From positions 1 through 31,266 of the forward strand of contig JANMQV010000175.1 of the NCBI GenBank assembly GCA_031370645.1: a DNA stretch of 31,266 bases, read 5' to 3'. Numbering within the stretch: the first letter of the stretch is position 1; each line of letters starts with the position of its first letter. Source of the DNA: Candidatus Eiseniibacteriota bacterium. GTDB taxonomy: Bacteria; Eisenbacteria; RBG-16-71-46; SZUA-252. Made by a program: the position numbers and the translations under genes. Below, in pieces: positions 27,399 to 31,266 of this stretch. Below the pieces are notes generated by a model. It worked only from the letters and a program-made list of their open reading frames with translations. It ran no database searches and had not been told where the DNA came from.

Positions 27399-29246
27399 TT
27401 ACTTCGCCATCACCATCTTCACGACGTCGGAGGTGATTTCGGCGCCCTTCTCGTCCACCACCGTCGCCTTCGCGAAGTAGATCCCCGTCGGCGCGGGGCC
27501 GCGTCCGGCGGAACCGTCCCACTGGACTTCGTGCGACCCGGCCGGGAAGAGGCCGCTCGCGAGCGTCTTCACGTGTTCGCCCCGCACGTTGAAGATTCGG
27601 AGGTCGAGTCGGCCCGGCTTGGCGAGGGCGAAGCGGATCGTGGTGCTCGGATTGAACGGGTTCGGCGCGTTCTGGAGCAGGCGCACGGCATGGCCCGGCG
27701 GATTGCCGGTGTTGACCTGCGCGAAACCGAATCCGACGAAGCGACGTCCGCGAACGGACGAATAGGCCTGCACCTCGCACGGCACGACGCGATTCACGAG
27801 GCCAAAGCTGATCAGTCGCGCTTCGACGTCTCTCCGGCTCAAGTTCATCTGGAAGGCGTAGTGCCCCGACTTCACGACGTTGTCCACGGACGTGTAGGGC
27901 GAGCCATTGACGGGCGACGTCGGCGCTTGGAGTCCCACGAAGGTCGGGCTGAGGAGTATGTTGCTTCGATTCTTCACGCCTTCCGTCCCCGCGGGAATTG
28001 CGCCGCCGTGATCAACCACGTCGGCCTGCGCCCGGTACCCGAACGCCTCCGTCTCCGGCGGCATGCTGACGGTCACCGTGACGGTCTTTCCGTTGCTTCC
28101 AAGCCCGAGCGTCGTCGGACTGACGTCCACCCCGAGCGGCAGCGGAGGGAGGCAACTGATCCAGCTCCCGCGCCAGATGCCGACACCCTGCTTCGCCGCC
28201 TGGCTCGACATGAGGAAGAGGTTGTAAGGCACCGGATCGAGCGACGTGTTCGTCCGTCGAGAAACATCGGGGTCCGCGTCTCCGGTTGCATCGAGATGAA
28301 TGTCGCACTTCGCCTGGGTGGCGAGGTCGAGGCGCCAGATGTCGCTGTTCTTCTCGCCATCTTCGTCTTCGGGAGCGTCGTAATAGATCGATCCGCCATC
28401 GGGGGCCCAGGACGGATTCCGGTGGCCGACCTGCGCGAAATTGGTCTCCGCGAGACGGACGCTGGAGTCGCCGAGGTCGACGATTTCGAGGAGGTCGGCG
28501 CCGAACTTCTGAGTCACATACACGATCTTATTTTCCGGTCCCCACGACGGCGACATTTCCGAGGTCCGATTGTCCGTCGTCGCTTGCGTCGGGGTGCCGA
28601 CGGTTCGCGTGGCGGCGTCCACCGGAACGATGATGATGTCGAGCGAAGGTCCCGCCCTGTTCGAGGAATAGGCGATCGCATCGCCCGCGGGGCTCCAGGA
28701 GGGAGATCGATTGCGAAGTCCGTCGGCCCCGGCCGCGATCAGGAGCGGCGGGCCGACCGCTGTCGCGGCTTCGGCCGAATTCTCGCTCAGCCTGTACTCC
28801 TGGACGTAGATCTCGGTCCGGACGACGAGCGGATCGGTCTTCACGTAGGCGAGATATTTCCCATCCGGGCTCCAGGCGGGATCGGCGTACGACACCGTGG
28901 CCGTCGGATCGAGGAGCAACGGGCGCCGCGCGTCGAATATGTTAGGAAGTCGGAGTCCGGCTTGATCGAGATTACGCCCGAGCCAAATGGAGCGCGCGGT
29001 CTCTCGCCCCACCACCGAACTCCTGGTGGAGAATGCGTACCAGCGTTCCACGATCTCGTGCCCGCCCGTGGGCGCGTAGAGGCCGGGACGAAGACTCGGT
29101 TGCTCGCAGCCGTTCGGGAGGCCGGCATTGAAGATCGTGCCGATCGTGAGGTAGTCCCAGACGCCTCGAAGCGACGCGGAGGCGGGAATCGGCAGGAGCG
29201 TGAGTCCGAGCGCGAGCGCCAGGGCCTGTCGTAGATGTCTCTTCAT
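27399..29246 (-). CDS. Secreted TolB-like (PD40) beta-propeller protein with C-terminal FlgD-Ig / T9SS-type sorting domain
   Basis: Signal peptide ending 'ASA'; 'DPAWSPDGKYLAY', 'SPSWSPAGDAIAY', 'NPSWAPDGGSIYY'; C-terminal 'QNAPNPFNPSTTIRF...IFNVRGEHV...WDG...TGIYFAK...KMVMAK'. Confidence 0.85.
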   Translation of the reverse strand: MKRHLRQALALALGLTLLPIPASASLRGVWDYLTIGTIFNAGLPNGCEQPSLRPGLYAPTGGHEIVERWYAFSTRSSVVGRETARSIWLGRNLDQAGLRLPNIFDARRPLLLDPTATVSYADPAWSPDGKYLAYVKTDPLVVRTEIYVQEYRLSENSAEAATAVGPPLLIAAGADGLRNRSPSWSPAGDAIAYSSNRAGPSLDIIIVPVDAATRTVGTPTQATTDNRTSEMSPSWGPENKIVYVTQKFGADLLEIVDLGDSSVRLAETNFAQVGHRNPSWAPDGGSIYYDAPEDEDGEKNSDIWRLDLATQAKCDIHLDATGDADPDVSRRTNTSLDPVPYNLFLMSSQAAKQGVGIWRGSWISCLPPLPLGVDVSPTTLGLGSNGKTVTVTVSMPPETEAFGYRAQADVVDHGGAIPAGTEGVKNRSNILLSPTFVGLQAPTSPVNGSPYTSVDNVVKSGHYAFQMNLSRRDVEARLISFGLVNRVVPCEVQAYSSVRGRRFVGFGFAQVNTGNPPGHAVRLLQNAPNPFNPSTTIRFALAKPGRLDLRIFNVRGEHVKTLASGLFPAGSHEVQWDGSAGRGPAPTGIYFAKATVVDEKGAEITSDVVKMVMAK

Positions 29247-29360
29247 GTTCCCGTCTCCTCTCCAACATTGGACGAATGGCCTCCGCGAGGAGGTCGGCCA
29301 CGAGATCGGAACGAACGGACGACTGCGGAAGCGCGGGGGACCAGGCCGGTAAGATCGCGT

Positions 29361-29389
29361 ATTATATAATATTAGCGGGTCGAAATCAA
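29361..29389 (-). promoter_or_regulatory. Sigma-70 promoter TTGATT-N17-TATAAT for the PD40 gene
   Basis: -35 at 29389-29384, -10 at 29366-29361, 17-bp spacer. Confidence 0.7.
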
Positions 29390-29393
29390 GGAG

Positions 29394-29421
29394 GAATCCG
29401 CCAGCGATTGCTGGCGGATTC
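29394..29421. repeat. Perfect 12-bp inverted repeat (REP-like or insulating hairpin)
   Basis: GAATCCGCCAGC-GATT-GCTGGCGGATTC. Confidence 0.7.
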
Positions 29422-29460
29422 GGTTATCCCCCAAGCGAAATCAGAAGGTAGGATCGGCGC

Positions 29461-29940
29461 ATGAGGCCGAGGCGCTGGACGATTGACCAACTCAAGGAAG
29501 CCGCGAGTAGCGCCAAGACGATTCGGCAGTTGCTCACCCTGATCGGACTGAGGCCAGCAGGGGGCAATTACGCGCAGATCTACCGCGAGCTCGAAAACAA
29601 CAAGATCTCTACCGACCACTTCGTCGGACACGGTTGGAGCAAGGGCCTGAAGCTCGTCCGGACACCAAGACTTGCGCTCGAAGCGATCCTCGTTGAGGGG
29701 AGCACCTTTCAATCAGCAAAATTGAAAAAGCGCCTGTTTGCTTCCGGCCTGAAGAAACCCCAGTGTGAACTCTGCGGATGGGCGGTGCGATCGCCCGACG
29801 GCAGACTCCCTCTGGAACTGGACCACATCAACGGCTGTCGATCGGACCATCGCCTTTCGAATCTTCGAATTCTTTGCCCCAATTGTCACAGCTTGCAGCC
29901 GACGCACCGTGGCTTGAATATTCGAAAGCGGCAAAGGTAG
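29461..29940 (+). CDS. HNH endonuclease with N-terminal helical domain
   Basis: 'CELC', 'LELDHING...NLRILCPNCHS'; TAGGAT 6 nt upstream of the ATG. Confidence 0.92.
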   Translation: MRPRRWTIDQLKEAASSAKTIRQLLTLIGLRPAGGNYAQIYRELENNKISTDHFVGHGWSKGLKLVRTPRLALEAILVEGSTFQSAKLKKRLFASGLKKPQCELCGWAVRSPDGRLPLELDHINGCRSDHRLSNLRILCPNCHSLQPTHRGLNIRKRQR

Positions 29941-29950
29941 AACTGCTCGT

Positions 29951-30034
29951 GGGCGAGTGGCGGAATTGGCAGACGCACGGCGCTTAAGACGCCGTGTCCG
30001 TAAGGACGTGTGGGTTCGATTCCCACCTCGCCCC
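29951..30034 (+). tRNA. tRNA-Leu (anticodon TAA at 29985-29987), long variable arm
   Basis: Acceptor GGGCGAG/CTCGCCC; D-arm GCG-GAATTGGCAGA-CGC; anticodon stem CGGCG/CGCCG with loop CTTAAGA; variable arm GTCC-GTAA-GGAC; T-arm GTGGG-TTCGATT-CCCAC. Confidence 0.95.
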
Positions 30035-30068
30035 AATTAATACATCTGGTGTCGGCTCCTTTACCGGG

Positions 30069-31205
30069 TCAAACGGTCGCTTTGCGAGGGTCGTCCACTT
30101 CCACTTGGCTGGATGACGCCGACCCGATCCGCGCGCCGCCTCCCGGATCGTGCTCGTCCTCCACTTCGCCGATCAGCTCCTCGACGATGTCCTCCAGCGT
30201 GATGATCCCGATCGCCTCGCCCGCCTCGTCGCTCACGATCGCCATCTGGCGGCGGATCCGACGGAATTCTTTCAGCTGATCCGACGTCGAGCGGTCGGCC
30301 GGCGCCCACGTCGCCTCGATCATCGCGTCTTCCAAATTCACCAATCCGCTCGTCGCATAGATCGCGAAGAGATCCTTCGAATTCACGATCCCGACGACGC
30401 GAGTCCGCTCGCCGTCGAATACCGGGAAACGCGTGTGCACGCTGTCCTGCAGCGCCACGAGAATCTCGGGTGGCTGCATGCGGTACTCGAGCATCGTGGC
30501 GGTGGCGAGCGGCACCATCGCTTCCCCCACCTTCTTCTCCGGGAGCCGGAAAGCGTTCTTCAACAACTCGGCCTGATCCTTCGACATCTTCCCCGCCTCG
30601 CTCACGTCTTCCACCAGGAGCTGCAGCTCCTGCACCGAGTGGAGATGCGACGCATGAGCGGCGGGACGGAAGCCGAGCAGCCGGACGAGCCCGTTTCCCG
30701 AACGATTCATCGTGGAGATGAACGGACGGAAGATCCGCTCGAACGCGAGAAGCGGTGCTGCCACGCGGAGCGCCACCACGTCCGGGATACGAAGCGCGAT
30801 CGTCTTCGGGGCCAGTTCCCCGACGACGACGTGGAGAAACGTGATGCAGAGGAACGCGATCGCGGTCGCCACGCCGTGCGCCGCGAGGGGCTCCCACCGC
30901 TCCGGGATGAAGCGGAGCCATGGCTCCATGAGGCGCGCCAACCCGGGCTCTCCCACCCAGCCGAGGGCCAGGCTCATCATCGTGATGCCGAGCTGCGTGG
31001 CCGCGATCGTGTCGTCGATGCGGCGAGTCGCCTCTTCCGCCGCAGCGATCCCCGCCACTTTCTTCGCGGCGAGTTCCTCGAGGCGCGTTCGGCGAACGGT
31101 GACGAGCGAGAATTCCGCCGCGACGAAGAACGCGTTCCCCAGCACGAGGATCGGAATGAAAATGATTTGTATGCTGGTGCCGACGGCGCTCCAGAACGAT
31201 TCCAT
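30069..31205 (-). CDS. Hemolysin-family / CNNM (DUF21 + CBS pair) Mg2+/Co2+ transport-related protein
   Basis: 'NAFFVAAEFSLV', 'QLGITMMSLALGWVGEP', 'HVVVGELAPK', 'HTRFPV', 'GIITLEDIVEELIGE'. Confidence 0.93.
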   Translation of the reverse strand: MESFWSAVGTSIQIIFIPILVLGNAFFVAAEFSLVTVRRTRLEELAAKKVAGIAAAEEATRRIDDTIAATQLGITMMSLALGWVGEPGLARLMEPWLRFIPERWEPLAAHGVATAIAFLCITFLHVVVGELAPKTIALRIPDVVALRVAAPLLAFERIFRPFISTMNRSGNGLVRLLGFRPAAHASHLHSVQELQLLVEDVSEAGKMSKDQAELLKNAFRLPEKKVGEAMVPLATATMLEYRMQPPEILVALQDSVHTRFPVFDGERTRVVGIVNSKDLFAIYATSGLVNLEDAMIEATWAPADRSTSDQLKEFRRIRRQMAIVSDEAGEAIGIITLEDIVEELIGEVEDEHDPGGGARIGSASSSQVEVDDPRKATV

Positions 31206-31226
31206 GGATCTCGGGCGGCGCGGCGG

Positions 31227-31266
31227 TTAGGCGAGGGCGGCGGTGAGGGTGGCGACGGCGTCGCCC
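31227..31266 (-). CDS. Probable 3' end of an upstream gene (…GDAVATLTAALA*), truncated by window end
   Basis: GC3-rich codons ending in TAA just upstream of the CNNM gene; too short to identify. Confidence 0.35.
   Translation of the reverse strand, partial: GDAVATLTAALA

Noticed and set aside
27265-27780. Extension of osmC to 313 aa
   Set aside because: Overlaps the PD40 gene in another frame; SD and family length support ATG27264
27279-29234. 651-aa plus-strand ORF and other long antisense ORFs (e.g. 7495..9141, 17478..18542, 18546..19649)
   Set aside because: Stop-poor antisense frames expected in high-GC DNA; no recognisable motifs, and they lie opposite well-supported genes
29951-30036. 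tRNA as the attachment site of an island carrying the cytochrome operon
   Set aside because: No integrase, no duplicated tRNA 3' fragment seen, and the operon's composition looks like the flanking genes

Overview
High-GC bacterial window; a C-terminal T9SS/FlgD-Ig sorting-domain protein suggests an FCB-associated lineage such as Ca. Eisenbacteria (inference). The left half is housekeeping and stress genes: the tail of a nosF/nosY-like ABC transporter with nnrS, an MgtC/DUF4010 protein, a DUF218 protein, a membrane patatin, alkA, carAB, a CBS protein, an exported msrB, a universal stress protein, an MFS transporter and pit with DUF47. The main feature is a ~10.3 kb operon (16612-26789) behind a sigma-54 promoter. 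It encodes an NHL beta-propeller, a hexaheme cytochrome that closely follows the Geobacter OmcS nanowire subunit (including the inter-subunit His16 position), a 10-heme cytochrome, a putative outer-membrane beta-barrel, two CsgG/PelC-like lipoproteins, a stand-alone ResB-like protein and a 42-heme cytochrome (58 heme-binding motifs in total, counted by hand). This looks like a cytochrome-nanowire and extracellular electron transfer system outside Geobacter. The right end holds osmC, a PD40 + T9SS-CTD secreted protein, an HNH endonuclease abutting tRNA-Leu(UAA), and a CNNM/CBS protein. Family calls come from motif recognition, not database searches.
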